In this document: positions 1 to 10,201 of the stretch, one piece after another
Layout: each line of letters opens with the position of its first letter
How positions within the stretch are numbered: position 1 is the stretch's first letter
Made by a program: the position numbers and the translations under genes
Assembly (NCBI GenBank): GCA_964385185.1
Contig: CAYLOA010000001.1
Coordinates: forward strand, 76,507-113,140
Direction of reading: 5' to 3'
Source of the DNA: an uncultured Methanosarcinales archaeon
Lineage (GTDB): Archaea > Nanobdellota > Nanobdellia > Woesearchaeales > CALCXY01
DNA length: 36,634 nucleotides
Notes under the pieces: generated by a model
What the model was told of the DNA's origin: nothing
Seen by the model: the letters and a program-made list of their open reading frames with translations, nothing else
The model's database searches: none

Positions 1-1358
1 CCTAACTTTCCAGTCTCCAATTTTGCCTTAGTCTCTTTTTGCCAAGTAGCAAAATCTTCAATAATTTTATAGATAACATCTCGAACAATAACTTCAACTG
101 ATGGATGCTCAACAGATTCTACATTAAATCCTAAAACTGCAGCAAATAAAGGTTCATCCTCCCTATTCGCTTCAGCATCCGCTAAATCTTTTTTAGTAAT
201 ATTTCCAACTGAAGCTCTCTTAATAGTAATCCCTTGTTCTTTAAGCAAAGTAATCAAAGCTTCCAAACTTCCTAAGCTATCAGCCTTGACAACAACGCCT
301 TGACCCTCAGTTTCAATAACGACTTCATCAACTTCTTCTTGAATAGCATTCTTTACCGTTTCAACATCTCCAACTACTCCTTGTATGGGCATGCCACTGG
401 TAACTTCATCAACATCTTGTGCACTAATCCTAACTCCTGTAGCAGCTACAACAGATTCTACCTGTTTAAATCCAGTTTTACTATCTCTCATCTCTCCAAG
501 AGCATCAGGTTCTAATAGTGCCTTTACCCGTCGAACAATAGCACCATCAACACCACCAATAACAATTTCATCTCCTTTTCGTAAGGTTCCATCGTAGATA
601 ATCACATCTAAAGCTTTTCCAATCCCTTTAACTTCTTTAACTTCCATTATGGATCCTTTTGCAGGACCATCCTTAGTAAATTCTAATCCTTTCTCTAAAA
701 ATTTCTGAGCTAAACCTGTAATAACCATTAATAACTCACTCATTCCGTCCTTAGTATGTGCACTTACCGGAACGATACCAATTTGATTAGTAAAATCAGA
801 AACTCGATCAAATCTATCTCCATTGAATCCATGTTCAGCCAAACTTCCTACAAGAGTATACAATTTCTCATCTAACTGCTTTCGAACACCTTCTGATTGT
901 TTCTCTACTTTTTCCAACAAAGTTCCTTCTTGAGTTTGCCATCCATTAATCAAATCGATTTTATTTGCAGCAATAATAAAAGGAGTTTTGGATGCTTTTA
1001 ACAATTCTAGACTTTCAATCGTTTGTGGTTTAAATCCGTCGTTAATGTCAATAACAACGATCGCAATATCAGCTAAATTTCCCCCTCGTTTTCTCAAAGA
1101 GGCAAAAGCTTCGTGTCCAGGAGTATCAATAAACAATAAACCGGGAATCGTTAACTCCATCCCTAATTTACCCAATAAATCTCCACAAATACCACGAATA
1201 GTTTCTAGAGGAATAATGGAAGCTCCAATAGCTTGAGTAATAGCACCTGCTTCACCATTCACCACAGCAGTCCCTCTAATGCTATCTAAGATACTGGACT
1301 TTCCATGATCAACATGTCCTAATGTGGTGCAGATCAAACTACGGATATCATTTGCCAT
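1..1358 (-). CDS. infB: Translation initiation factor aIF5B/IF-2 (3' end runs off the window)
   Basis: Missing from the ORF track because it is open at the window edge. Manual translation from ATG 1358 gives MANDIRSLICTTLGHVDHGKSSILDSIRGTAVVNGEAGAITQAIGA...LFIDTPGHEAFASLRKRGGNLADIA...NKID, the IF2 GTPase motifs. TATA-like box at 1381-1388. Confidence 0.97.
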   Translation of the reverse strand, partial: MANDIRSLICTTLGHVDHGKSSILDSIRGTAVVNGEAGAITQAIGASIIPLETIRGICGDLLGKLGMELTIPGLLFIDTPGHEAFASLRKRGGNLADIAIVVIDINDGFKPQTIESLELLKASKTPFIIAANKIDLINGWQTQEGTLLEKVEKQSEGVRKQLDEKLYTLVGSLAEHGFNGDRFDRVSDFTNQIGIVPVSAHTKDGMSELLMVITGLAQKFLEKGLEFTKDGPAKGSIMEVKEVKGIGKALDVIIYDGTLRKGDEIVIGGVDGAIVRRVKALLEPDALGEMRDSKTGFKQVESVVAATGVRISAQDVDEVTSGMPIQGVVGDVETVKNAIQEEVDEVVIETEGQGVVVKADSLGSLEALITLLKEQGITIKRASVGNITKKDLADAEANREDEPLFAAVLGFNVESVEHPSVEVIVRDVIYKIIEDFATWQKETKAKLETGKL

Positions 1359-1473
1359 AAACTAAAGAGGCAAGAAACTATATTTAAAGGTACCGCTACC
1401 CAAACTCGAACATACACATTTCTCCTCATAAATGTTTAAAAACATCTTCTGAAAACAAGTAACTGGGGGAAAT

Positions 1474-1842
1474 ATGAAACTAATTCCATATCTAATTATA
1501 TTGTTACTGATTGCAACTACAGCGCATGCTGCAACCAACACAGACAGAACAGGTATTAGTAGAATTAGTTTTGATGAAACTCAACTCTATGCAGATGACA
1601 TTTTATTTGCTAGAACTATTCTAGATCCTCATACAAATGAAAGATTAAAAGTACAAATGACCATTCCTGAATTAGGTATCTTTAACAGAAGAGGACCATT
1701 CGAAACTCGAAATGGAGAGATGCTTAAAAACATATTTCTAGAAATTCCTGCAGATGCTCCTCCTGGAGATTACTTAGTAAGAATCACCGCATCTACAGAT
1801 ACACATCGAAGAGTAAAACATAGATATATTACTATTCTGTAA
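1474..1842 (+). CDS. Secreted small beta-rich (Ig-like) hypothetical protein
   Basis: Signal peptide MKLIPYLIILLLIATTAHA; C-terminal LEIPADAPPGDYLVRITAS strand pattern; G-rich SD-like run upstream. Confidence 0.7.
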   Translation: MKLIPYLIILLLIATTAHAATNTDRTGISRISFDETQLYADDILFARTILDPHTNERLKVQMTIPELGIFNRRGPFETRNGEMLKNIFLEIPADAPPGDYLVRITASTDTHRRVKHRYITIL

Positions 1843-1896
1843 TACCACAAATTCTACAATATAAATATTTAAATAGTGCTAATCTTCAGACGAAGA

Positions 1897-2277
1897 ATGC
1901 AAAAGAGAGGTTCTACACTATACATTTTCTTTATACCTGTTGTATTATTCTTATTTGGATTCTCTATTATCCAAGTTAATCCTTTGAAAAGTATTTTCAC
2001 AGATGATGGCACTCCAGGTGGATTTGTACTCGCAAGAGTGGGTGTAGGAAATGATCTCGGAGGAGAATTAGAAGATCTCCAAGTATCTGTTATTGGTTTA
2101 GACATAGATATCTATGGATTTAGAACCAACTTTGATCTGAGAGGTAAAGAAAGAGTTACCAAAGCATTATTTCTGGACGTACCTAATAATGTCCAACCAG
2201 GAAACTATTGGATAAAAGTCACTTTAAGTAATGAAGAATTCAAAAGACACACATTTAGAGAAATTACAATTGTTTAA
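1897..2277 (+). CDS. Membrane-anchored Ig-like hypothetical protein, paralog of the upstream gene
   Basis: N-terminal TM helix; C-terminus LDVPNNVQPGNYWIKVTLSNEEFKRHTFREITIV aligns with the upstream protein. ATG 1897 preferred over GTG 1876. Confidence 0.7.
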   Translation: MQKRGSTLYIFFIPVVLFLFGFSIIQVNPLKSIFTDDGTPGGFVLARVGVGNDLGGELEDLQVSVIGLDIDIYGFRTNFDLRGKERVTKALFLDVPNNVQPGNYWIKVTLSNEEFKRHTFREITIV

Positions 2278-2285
2278 TCAAAATA

Positions 2286-2729
2286 TTACTTTCCAGAAAT
2301 GATAGGAACTTCTATTTCTTGAATAACTTGATATGCACGAGTAGCTAAATCTGCAAATTCACCCATAGGCCTTCCATCTCCCCAAACACCTTCTTCAATA
2401 TTACGCCTTCTTGATGGACTTCCTTCACATTCGCCAGTAGCATACAAGTGCCTTCCCCTTCTGACCCTTTTCATAACATTCTGTACACTTTGAACAGGAT
2501 CATCATGGACTATTTCCTCCTTTCGAAATTGAGGCAATTCAGCCCAAACTGCATCAACAACAGGTTGATAACCTATATTATATATTTCAATCTTAAGTTC
2601 ATTTCCTTCAATATCTACAGTAGGAGGTTGCCTAATTGATTTATTTCCAACTAAAGCTGATAATGCAGCATCATACAATTTAGCATTATTCTGAGGCTCA
2701 ACATCACCATCACATTTATCACATATCAT
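2286..2729 (-). CDS. Hypothetical protein, possibly Zn-binding (CxxC...H...C)
   Basis: 147 aa; N-terminal CDKC and later RHLYATGECEGSPSR; TATA-like box at 2754-2761. Confidence 0.65.
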   Translation of the reverse strand: MICDKCDGDVEPQNNAKLYDAALSALVGNKSIRQPPTVDIEGNELKIEIYNIGYQPVVDAVWAELPQFRKEEIVHDDPVQSVQNVMKRVRRGRHLYATGECEGSPSRRRNIEEGVWGDGRPMGEFADLATRAYQVIQEIEVPIISGK

Positions 2730-2768
2730 GTAAATATAAGAATTTTAATACCATTTATAAATTTATCC

Positions 2769-3794
2769 TTAATCCTTCAACACCTTAACAAACTCTTCTT
2801 CACTCATTGTAGATCTCAAAGCAACAGGATCTAGATGAGTCGCACTTACTTTTTTCTTCTTTTTCAAAATCTTTTCAATAACTGCAGCTTGCTTAGGTAA
2901 AGAAGCCAAATTATGTTTCTTTGCAAGAGCATGAATATGATAGATGCCATACGCATCAACTTTAGCCTCAGCTGCAATTTTGTCAAGAAAAGATTGATTC
3001 TCCTCAACAGTATTTTTCTTAGCCATCTTGGCAACAAAAGGAGCATTCCATAAACTTCCCGTCCATAACGGTCCAGCTCCATCTACCATGGCATGTTGTC
3101 CCACAACTTGATCTGCAAACTTCTTTCCTCGAGAACAATGAAAAAATACTCGATAATAATGATCTTTAGCATAGGTAAACCAAGGAATTAATCCTTTCTC
3201 AGCTTCAGCCCCAATTAACTGTACCCTTCTAATCAAAATCCTCAATCCTGTCTCATGCATATTACTGTCTCGTTTAGGTTCTGCCCAATACTTCCTCTGA
3301 CAAGCTTGAGGATACGTTCCAGCAAGTGCTGAAGTATCCGTTGCTGTAACTGCCAAATATCCATTATGTTTCACCTTCTCAATTGCAGCATACAAAAAAG
3401 GAGTAGGAGGTCCAAAAGGATCAATATCAATATAATCTTTACAACTATGCTCTAACATAAACACATTGGCATTCTTTTGCTCAACGTCAGCCTTAACTTT
3501 ATTTCTTTTAAGATTGGCCTTGATACTCTTCACCGCTGTAGGATTTAAATCATTCATCATCACACTTCCAATTTTACGTTTAGAAAGTTCAGCCAAAATC
3601 CTAACTCCACGAACTCCTGAACCAGAAAGTGGCAAACTAATATCTAAATTAGTCCCAGAAACACAAGATAAAAACAATAGACTCATATCTCGATTAAACT
3701 TCATAACAGGATTATAAAAAACAGGCATCTGTTTAGAAACTATTTTTGATATCTCTACCTTAATCTTCACTTTACCTTCAAGTAGGGTCTCCAT
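2769..3794 (-). CDS. trm1: tRNA (guanine-26-N2)-dimethyltransferase Trm1
   Basis: Trm1 motifs VFYNPVMKFNRD, SGSGVRGVR, NDLNP, IDIDPFG, TATDTSALAG, HETGLRILI. Confidence 0.95.
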   Translation of the reverse strand: METLLEGKVKIKVEISKIVSKQMPVFYNPVMKFNRDMSLLFLSCVSGTNLDISLPLSGSGVRGVRILAELSKRKIGSVMMNDLNPTAVKSIKANLKRNKVKADVEQKNANVFMLEHSCKDYIDIDPFGPPTPFLYAAIEKVKHNGYLAVTATDTSALAGTYPQACQRKYWAEPKRDSNMHETGLRILIRRVQLIGAEAEKGLIPWFTYAKDHYYRVFFHCSRGKKFADQVVGQHAMVDGAGPLWTGSLWNAPFVAKMAKKNTVEENQSFLDKIAAEAKVDAYGIYHIHALAKKHNLASLPKQAAVIEKILKKKKKVSATHLDPVALRSTMSEEEFVKVLKD

Positions 3795-3878
3795 ACCCTA
3801 AATGTTTCGAGCGGCTTTATGTATGTTTTGATTAAAAGAAGTAGAAAAACTTAAATACTCATCTCCTAAAAAAGAAGG

Positions 3879-4223
3879 ATGGCAAAGAAAAATAAGAAAC
3901 AACCAGTTAAGAAAAGTTCATCTCTATCTCAAAATCATAAAATTGTTTTAGTAGCAGTGTTAGTTGTAGCTGCTTTAGTTCTTACCAATAATGCAGAACT
4001 TACTCCTACGGGAAATGTAGTAGAAGGAGCAGATGCATATAGAGAAGGAGGAACTTGCAAGCAAGGTTATCTCGACAATTACCAATGTGAAACGTTCCTG
4101 GATGGATCTCCAACAGGAAGAGAACAAAGATTGTATCAATATAACAACTGCCAACAAGAATACTTCTCAGCACCAAAAGCTTGTGATACTGATTGTAATG
4201 TTGAAACTGGTAGATGTATTTAA
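3879..4223 (+). CDS. Small membrane-anchored Cys-rich surface protein
   Basis: Basic N-terminus, TM helix, TPTGNVV linker, six Cys in the exported part. Confidence 0.75.
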   Translation: MAKKNKKQPVKKSSSLSQNHKIVLVAVLVVAALVLTNNAELTPTGNVVEGADAYREGGTCKQGYLDNYQCETFLDGSPTGREQRLYQYNNCQQEYFSAPKACDTDCNVETGRCI

Positions 4224-4254
4224 TAACTTTTTATTTTTAAAAATTAAGAATAAT

Positions 4255-4533
4255 CTATCCAATAGTTCTTCGAACATCAATAACATCCACAGATTGAACA
4301 CCATCAACTTCAGTAAGACTTTTTTCTAAATCTTCAGTAGAACCCTTTTCTTCATCCATGATAAAAGTTAATTTCAAAGCCTCAAGACCAAATGCAATCG
4401 GTTCCTTTTCAACTTTAATATCATCACTTCCAGAAAATTGCTTAATCTGAGTAGAACTTTTCTCAGTAATAGTATCAAAATTCACATCAGTACCAGAAGG
4501 CATCAATTTCAAAGTAACTACAACATCTGCCAT
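4255..4533 (-). CDS. ef1b: Archaeal elongation factor 1-beta
   Basis: MADVVVTLKLMP, EPIAFGLEAL and VDGVQSVDV are typical of aEF-1beta. Confidence 0.96.
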   Translation of the reverse strand: MADVVVTLKLMPSGTDVNFDTITEKSSTQIKQFSGSDDIKVEKEPIAFGLEALKLTFIMDEEKGSTEDLEKSLTEVDGVQSVDVIDVRRTIG

Positions 4534-4534
4534 C

Positions 4535-4708
4535 TTAGTTAGGTCCTGTAAACTTGCATTGAGGACAACTATATTTTGAAGCTATCTGTCTACAATGTTT
4601 ACATCGAATAATTTCGCCTTTACCACATGAAGGACAGTTAAAAGTAACATTCCCTGATGCATTAGTAATAGCTACATTACAACTCATACATTTTACTATT
4701 TTTTCCAT
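4535..4708 (-). CDS. Double zinc-ribbon protein (DUF1610/HVO_2753-like), 57 aa
   Basis: Not in the ORF track. MEKIVKCMSCNVAITNASGNVTFNCPSCGKGEIIRCKHCRQIASKYSCPQCKFTGPN has four CxxC motifs and sits in the usual archaeal position directly upstream of ef1b. Confidence 0.93.
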   Translation of the reverse strand: MEKIVKCMSCNVAITNASGNVTFNCPSCGKGEIIRCKHCRQIASKYSCPQCKFTGPN

Positions 4709-4849
4709 AGATACTAGAATAAAGAGGTCTTTTAAAAAGGTTTCCCTATTTCACTGAATTCCTAACCTAACAGCCTCAGGTACCCTCTCCCAGTTACGAC
4801 AAACCTTTTTATACCTACTTCAGGAAATACCTTCAGAAGAGGAGTAACA

Positions 4850-7129
4850 ATGCCACGTAAAATAGAGCCACCTACACCTCCTGACCAACTTAATCAGGAA
4901 TCATTTTTCTCCAAGCTATTTAAAAAATCAAAAAAATCCAAATCCTCAAAAAAAGATCGAATTGAAAAGGAATATGCTAATTTAGACAATCTTAAAAGAA
5001 GGCTAGACCATGATACCAGAGAACGACAAGAACAAGTTAGGCAAAGAGAACAAGAAATAGATGAAGAACAAACAAGAATTGCCAAAATGAAGAAAACTTC
5101 ACTTTCTAAATCACTCAAAAAAGCATTAAAGGAAAAAGAAAAAGAATTACACTACAAGGAAAAATTAATAGAAAAAGAAAAGAAATCAATAGAAAATGAA
5201 CAAGAATCTTGGAGTAAGAAAAAAGCAACAACATTCGCTGAAGTTACTGCAATAAAAGAAAAAATAAATCAAATGGCTAATGCTGAAAGAGATATGCAAG
5301 CTCAAATTGAACAAAGAAAAAAAGAATTGGATGCACTCAAAAAAGGATCCAAAATGGACAAGAAGGTAGCGCAATTAAAAGTAAAAGAGAAAAAACTAGA
5401 TACTCTTGATGCAAAATTAAAAGAATATGAAAGAGAACTAGCTCTCAAAGAAAAAGATCTCAAAACTAAAGAATCTGAAGTTACTAAAAAAGTAAAATCT
5501 CATGCAAAGAGAGAGAAATGGTGGTCTTCCTTTGTTCACAAACTACATAAAAAGAAAGATTCATATGAAAAAGACCTAGAAGTCCAAAAAGAATTAATTG
5601 GAGAACATAAACAAAAAATTGTAGAACTTGCAAGAGAAACTAAAGAACACTCTCCTAAGGAATTAGCATCCAAAAAAGAAAAATTATCTCAATTAACTGA
5701 AAAGATTCAGGCCAAAATTGATGCTCATCATAAAAGAAAATCAAAACTTCATGACGCTGAACATGCATTAGATGAAATCAAAGATGATTTATCAAAAAAG
5801 AATAAAACGTTAGAAAAGAAAGAAGCTAAAATTCTGAAAACAGAAGAACTGATTAGCAAAAAGATTACCAAAACCCATATTACTTTGGCATCACTTACCG
5901 AGAAAAAACAAGCTCTTGAGAGTGATATTGCTGAACAAGAGTCATCAATTACTGAAAAAGATAAATCTGCTTCCTCATTACTCAGAAAAGCAACAAAACT
6001 AGAAAAAGAATTAGTACAAAAAGATCAACTACTCAAACATTTCGAAGAAAAATTATGGGACAAAGAACAAGAAATCAATAGACGTGAAAAAGGATTAGAA
6101 GACGCTCAGCAAGATTCCTCAGTAAAAGAGAGAGAAGTAGTACAAAGAGAAGTTGCATGGCTAGAACGAAGAAGACAGATAGAAGATATCATGTTAGAAT
6201 TAGATCAAAAGAAAGAACAATACACGAACATTATCCCTATGCTTCAAGAGAAATTACAAGAATTCCAAGTACAAAGGGATACAGAAACGACGAGATTTGA
6301 TGAAAAATTATCCTTCTTAAAACAATACAAAAGCCAAGTAGAGCCATTCTTAGAAAAGATTGAAGATAACGTTCAAAAATTAAAAGAGAAAGAAGATGAA
6401 ATTGTTGAAAGTATCAACAGCCTTGCACATACCAAGGATATGTTAGATCAAGAAGAAAATAAAATTACAGATAAAATAGAAGACCTTGAAACTCTCAACG
6501 CTGAATTCAAACAAAGAGAGACAGCACTTACTCAACATGAAAAAGTAGTACATAAGAGAGAGAAAGTAATCCAAGAAGATCTAAGAAAAATTAGCAGAGC
6601 AAAACAACTAAAAACGATGCTACCAAAACTTGAAGCTTCCTTAAAACGAATGCAAAAAGAAATGGCAACATTAAACAGAGAAGCATTAGCAAAACGAGAA
6701 TTACTCAAGGACAAAGAAGTAGACTTATTCAATACTGAGAAAGATCTCAAAGAAATTGAAACAAGATTAAGAAGAAAAGATAATGCACTCTCTCAAAAAG
6801 AAGATGATATCATTAGAGAAGAGTATGATATTGTAAATGTCTCCCAAGCTCTAAAGAAAGGAATGACGGAAGAATACATCAAACAAGAGCTTAACAAAGA
6901 ACCGATTAAACGAGGTGTACCAAAAATATCTGATAGTCCTGAAGTAGATGAATTAGTTTCACAAACAAAATCACTCATCCAGCAGCAACAAATTGCTGAA
7001 GCAAGTAATATGGTAAGAAAGATTGAAAAGAAATATGCAGCTATAAAGAAAGAAGCTCTTAAACGTAAAGTAGGATATGATATTCTTGAATTGAAAACAG
7101 ATTTGAAGTTAGCTACTCTGATGAGTTAA
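4850..7129 (+). CDS. Long coiled-coil hypothetical protein
   Basis: 759 aa, K/E/L/Q-rich heptad pattern nearly throughout; SD GAGGAG; no Walker A motif, signal peptide or TM segment. Confidence 0.85.
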   Translation: MPRKIEPPTPPDQLNQESFFSKLFKKSKKSKSSKKDRIEKEYANLDNLKRRLDHDTRERQEQVRQREQEIDEEQTRIAKMKKTSLSKSLKKALKEKEKELHYKEKLIEKEKKSIENEQESWSKKKATTFAEVTAIKEKINQMANAERDMQAQIEQRKKELDALKKGSKMDKKVAQLKVKEKKLDTLDAKLKEYERELALKEKDLKTKESEVTKKVKSHAKREKWWSSFVHKLHKKKDSYEKDLEVQKELIGEHKQKIVELARETKEHSPKELASKKEKLSQLTEKIQAKIDAHHKRKSKLHDAEHALDEIKDDLSKKNKTLEKKEAKILKTEELISKKITKTHITLASLTEKKQALESDIAEQESSITEKDKSASSLLRKATKLEKELVQKDQLLKHFEEKLWDKEQEINRREKGLEDAQQDSSVKEREVVQREVAWLERRRQIEDIMLELDQKKEQYTNIIPMLQEKLQEFQVQRDTETTRFDEKLSFLKQYKSQVEPFLEKIEDNVQKLKEKEDEIVESINSLAHTKDMLDQEENKITDKIEDLETLNAEFKQRETALTQHEKVVHKREKVIQEDLRKISRAKQLKTMLPKLEASLKRMQKEMATLNREALAKRELLKDKEVDLFNTEKDLKEIETRLRRKDNALSQKEDDIIREEYDIVNVSQALKKGMTEEYIKQELNKEPIKRGVPKISDSPEVDELVSQTKSLIQQQQIAEASNMVRKIEKKYAAIKKEALKRKVGYDILELKTDLKLATLMS

Positions 7130-7160
7130 ACTTATAAATCTTAGATTATTTCTAAAAATT

Positions 7161-7589
7161 ATGGGAAATACACAATTAGGAAGATTGGATAATCGAGAAC
7201 TTTTTTACCAAGACTACTGTAAAATAGAAGATAGAGTTAAAAAAATTTTAAATGAATCCTTCAATGATTATCTCAGAAATTCAGATGTATTTACATCTGG
7301 AGCTGTAGGACTCATCTCTGCAGGAGAAAAAATACCAATTTTACCTGAACTTTCCGATACAGCAATGTATGGTGCGGGATTATATACGGGGGTAGAATCC
7401 TTAAGAGATAAAACCATTATTGCCAAATCAAATAGAAGTTGTAGAAATATGTGTATTGGTATAACTGCGCATTATGTCAAAAGTTTATTAGAACGGGGTT
7501 CTGTATTTCAGGCAGCACAAGTTGGAGTTTTAGGAATTATAGGTACAGTATTTTGTGAAATTCAAAGACGGAATGCTAACTACGAATAA
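7161..7589 (+). CDS. Hypothetical protein
   Basis: 142-aa ORF with a TATA-like box just upstream and Gly-rich hydrophobic segments. Confidence 0.55.
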   Translation: MGNTQLGRLDNRELFYQDYCKIEDRVKKILNESFNDYLRNSDVFTSGAVGLISAGEKIPILPELSDTAMYGAGLYTGVESLRDKTIIAKSNRSCRNMCIGITAHYVKSLLERGSVFQAAQVGVLGIIGTVFCEIQRRNANYE

Positions 7590-8619
7590 CCATATTCCTC
7601 TCATCAACAACAAACTTCTTCCCTAAAAACTTCTCAACAACATAGATATTAGTTTTAACATGATCAGTAATCTTCTCAACATGTATTTCTCCACCAAATA
7701 ATCCTAAAAAAGGAATAAGCATATCGGCTAGATGTTCATCCACTGGAGCTCCAAAATTATGAGTTGTTAACAAAGAATTGGCAACTTCCTTCCCTACATC
7801 TTCAGCTACAACACTCTTCTCACCTAATCTATCAGCACCTAACACTACGGGATTGAATTCATCTGTAAACGTATCATCAGAACTATATTTAGCAACCAAT
7901 GTAATCCCTGTCCCTATACTCATAGTATCTACATATTCCACTTTAATATCAGTAGGAACTTCTAATCCACTGATATGCATTTTAGCAGATTGAGCCATAC
8001 GCTCACCTACTTGTTTGTCAGCTAAGGCTTGAGCACAATGCACAACCCCTTCAATTTTAGCTAATCCTCCTTGTTCCACCAAATGCAATTTGGGAATATG
8101 ATCAACTTTCTTAGGTTTAATCTTAATCTCTACTTTTCCACCACCTTTAGGATAGTATCCTCTTCTCTCAAGAATAACTTCCAAATCTGCATATCTTCTT
8201 AACTGAGGTACAATCACTTTATCAAAATAATCAAAACTAGGACTCCAGTTAACATCCGTACCTCCGATCAACTTAATCTTCATTCCTTTTTCTGTAAATA
8301 AACAAGGTAACAAAACAGCTTGTAAGAGTAACGTAACACTCCCAGCAGTACCAATATCAATAGTTAATCCTTTAGGTGTAAACTTCTCTGGAATAAAAGT
8401 GAGTTTGTCACTTCCCAAATGAGCATCGGCCACTTTGGCATTACTTAATTCTTGCATCGCCTTAACTCCATGTAAATGCTGTGCCTTTAATCCGGGCTTG
8501 TCACGACCTTTTCGAATATCAATAACAGAAAACGCTTTACCGGTGTGAACACTTAATGCTAATGCCGTTCGAACAATCTGTCCACCGCCTTCAAGAAAAT
8601 TGCCATTAATTTCAATCAT
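7576..8619 (-). CDS. rtcA: RNA 3'-terminal phosphate cyclase
   Basis: EGGGQIVRTALALS, PGLKAQHL, TAGSVTLLLQ, GGTDV, RRGYYPKGGG, and catalytic His in VDEHLADML. Confidence 0.97.
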   Translation of the reverse strand: MIEINGNFLEGGGQIVRTALALSVHTGKAFSVIDIRKGRDKPGLKAQHLHGVKAMQELSNAKVADAHLGSDKLTFIPEKFTPKGLTIDIGTAGSVTLLLQAVLLPCLFTEKGMKIKLIGGTDVNWSPSFDYFDKVIVPQLRRYADLEVILERRGYYPKGGGKVEIKIKPKKVDHIPKLHLVEQGGLAKIEGVVHCAQALADKQVGERMAQSAKMHISGLEVPTDIKVEYVDTMSIGTGITLVAKYSSDDTFTDEFNPVVLGADRLGEKSVVAEDVGKEVANSLLTTHNFGAPVDEHLADMLIPFLGLFGGEIHVEKITDHVKTNIYVVEKFLGKKFVVDERNMVIRS

Positions 8620-8655
8620 AAAAAAGAAAAAAAGAAAAAGAGTTTTTAAGGTTTG

Positions 8656-8847
8656 TTACCAGTCCAGGTCAGCTAAATCCAGCTCAAGATCATCCAGACT
8701 TGAATCATCAAGTTCTGCATCATCAAACGCATCCGGAGTTACTTCGACTAGGGTAGGTTCTGAAATACCTTCAGAAGGAGCAGTTTCCTGCTCTGAACAA
8801 CCTACAAGCACTAATCCTACGATAAACAAGAGAGCGATGTACCTCAT
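8656..8847 (-). CDS. Small acidic lipoprotein
   Basis: Signal peptide ending in lipobox LVGC, then a D/E/L-rich tail; GGTG SD; starts right after the upstream gene's stop. Confidence 0.75.
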   Translation of the reverse strand: MRYIALLFIVGLVLVGCSEQETAPSEGISEPTLVEVTPDAFDDAELDDSSLDDLELDLADLDW

Positions 8848-8848
8848 C

Positions 8849-10201
8849 TTAAATCACCAACTCCACTTCATCACTGTCTTGAGTCTCTAAATCTGCAGTT
8901 GAATCTACTGCCTTGATTTGTTTGACTAACTCAACAACAATCTCATGAGCATCTTTTAATGCATCATGACTTTGTTTACCAAGATCTTTAGCTTCATCTA
9001 TAAGAGCTCTCATTGCATCTTTTTCTCCATCAGCTCCTTTTAATTCTTTTGCTTCATCTAAAAGGGCCTCAGATTTTTCATACAATTCAGTAGCTGTTGC
9101 AAGATGGTTACCAAAATCTTCTACTTTGCTGTCTAGATCTTCTACTTCGATACCTTTATCCTCGATAGCAGCAATAACACGATCAAACTTATTCTCTAAA
9201 GCTTCAGAGTGTTTAATCATACCATGTAACCTACCGTTAAGGTGTCTTGCAGTAGCAGCCTGCGCAGTGTGTTTTACCCTGCTCCAAATAGAGTTAATAT
9301 CCTTTCCAGCAGCTCTTAACTCTTCTTTTGTAGTTGCAGCTTCAGCCGCATCCATTGCAGATTTAACTTCTTCAGTTGCAGCATTTAATTTTTCCAGAAT
9401 TTCTTCTGCTCGTTCTGGATCGATGTTTTCATTACCTTCAATCTTAGCAATGACTTTTTCGATATGTGTAACTACTTTTTCACCTGCATTAAGAACAAAT
9501 TCTTTAGCACGTGCTAACACATCTGCTTCTTCATCTTCACAATCCTCTTCACAAGTTCTGAGCAATTCTCTTGCTTCTTGAAAAGCATCTCGTCTCTCTT
9601 GAGTTTCCTCATCAACTTCTTTGAAACGATCTCTTGCAACATCGAATCTTTCTTCAGATTGTCCACGAACTCGATCAGAAACATCTCTTTTAACAAAATC
9701 GATTCGTTGTTCTTTAAATCGTGCCAATTTTGCTCGAGCATCCTCTACATCATCTTGTCCAAGAACATCTTTAATTTGATCTCTTCGCATTTTCTTAAAC
9801 TTGTCAATCTCTTCTTCTGAAAGATCTTCAGCTCGAAATGCAGCAGTAGAGAATTGGCTGATACGATGTCCGATTTTTCTTCGAGCATTGTCCATCCTTT
9901 TTTCTACTTTCTCATCAATCTCATCATCTGAAAGACCTTCTTCAGATAATTTTTCTCTTAAAGCTTCTTCACGTTCAGCAGCTTTTTCATCCATAGCAGC
10001 TTTACGTTCTGCCCGTAGATTTTCTAGGTCTGCAATTTCTTCATCACTTAATCCATCAGAATTTCTGTCTTCCCCAAATCTTTGCAACCTTGGGCCTTTT
10101 CTGTCTTCAAAACTCCTCTCTTCATCATCTGCTAAAGCAGTAATGCTAAAAGCACTCACCACCATTAACATCATAATGAACATTCCTAATATTTTTTTCA
10201 T
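8849..10201 (-). CDS. Secreted acidic all-helical/coiled-coil protein
   Basis: Signal peptide ending ALA, E/D/A/R-rich helices, one CEEDC; SD GGAGGA. Confidence 0.85.
   Translation of the reverse strand: MKKILGMFIMMLMVVSAFSITALADDEERSFEDRKGPRLQRFGEDRNSDGLSDEEIADLENLRAERKAAMDEKAAEREEALREKLSEEGLSDDEIDEKVEKRMDNARRKIGHRISQFSTAAFRAEDLSEEEIDKFKKMRRDQIKDVLGQDDVEDARAKLARFKEQRIDFVKRDVSDRVRGQSEERFDVARDRFKEVDEETQERRDAFQEARELLRTCEEDCEDEEADVLARAKEFVLNAGEKVVTHIEKVIAKIEGNENIDPERAEEILEKLNAATEEVKSAMDAAEAATTKEELRAAGKDINSIWSRVKHTAQAATARHLNGRLHGMIKHSEALENKFDRVIAAIEDKGIEVEDLDSKVEDFGNHLATATELYEKSEALLDEAKELKGADGEKDAMRALIDEAKDLGKQSHDALKDAHEIVVELVKQIKAVDSTADLETQDSDEVELVI

Noticed and set aside
300..1236. Plus-strand ORFs 300-515, 385-597 and 988-1236
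   Set aside because: Antisense shadows of infB.
4850..7129. SMC/Rad50 call
   Set aside because: No Walker A/B, signature motif, hinge or zinc hook.
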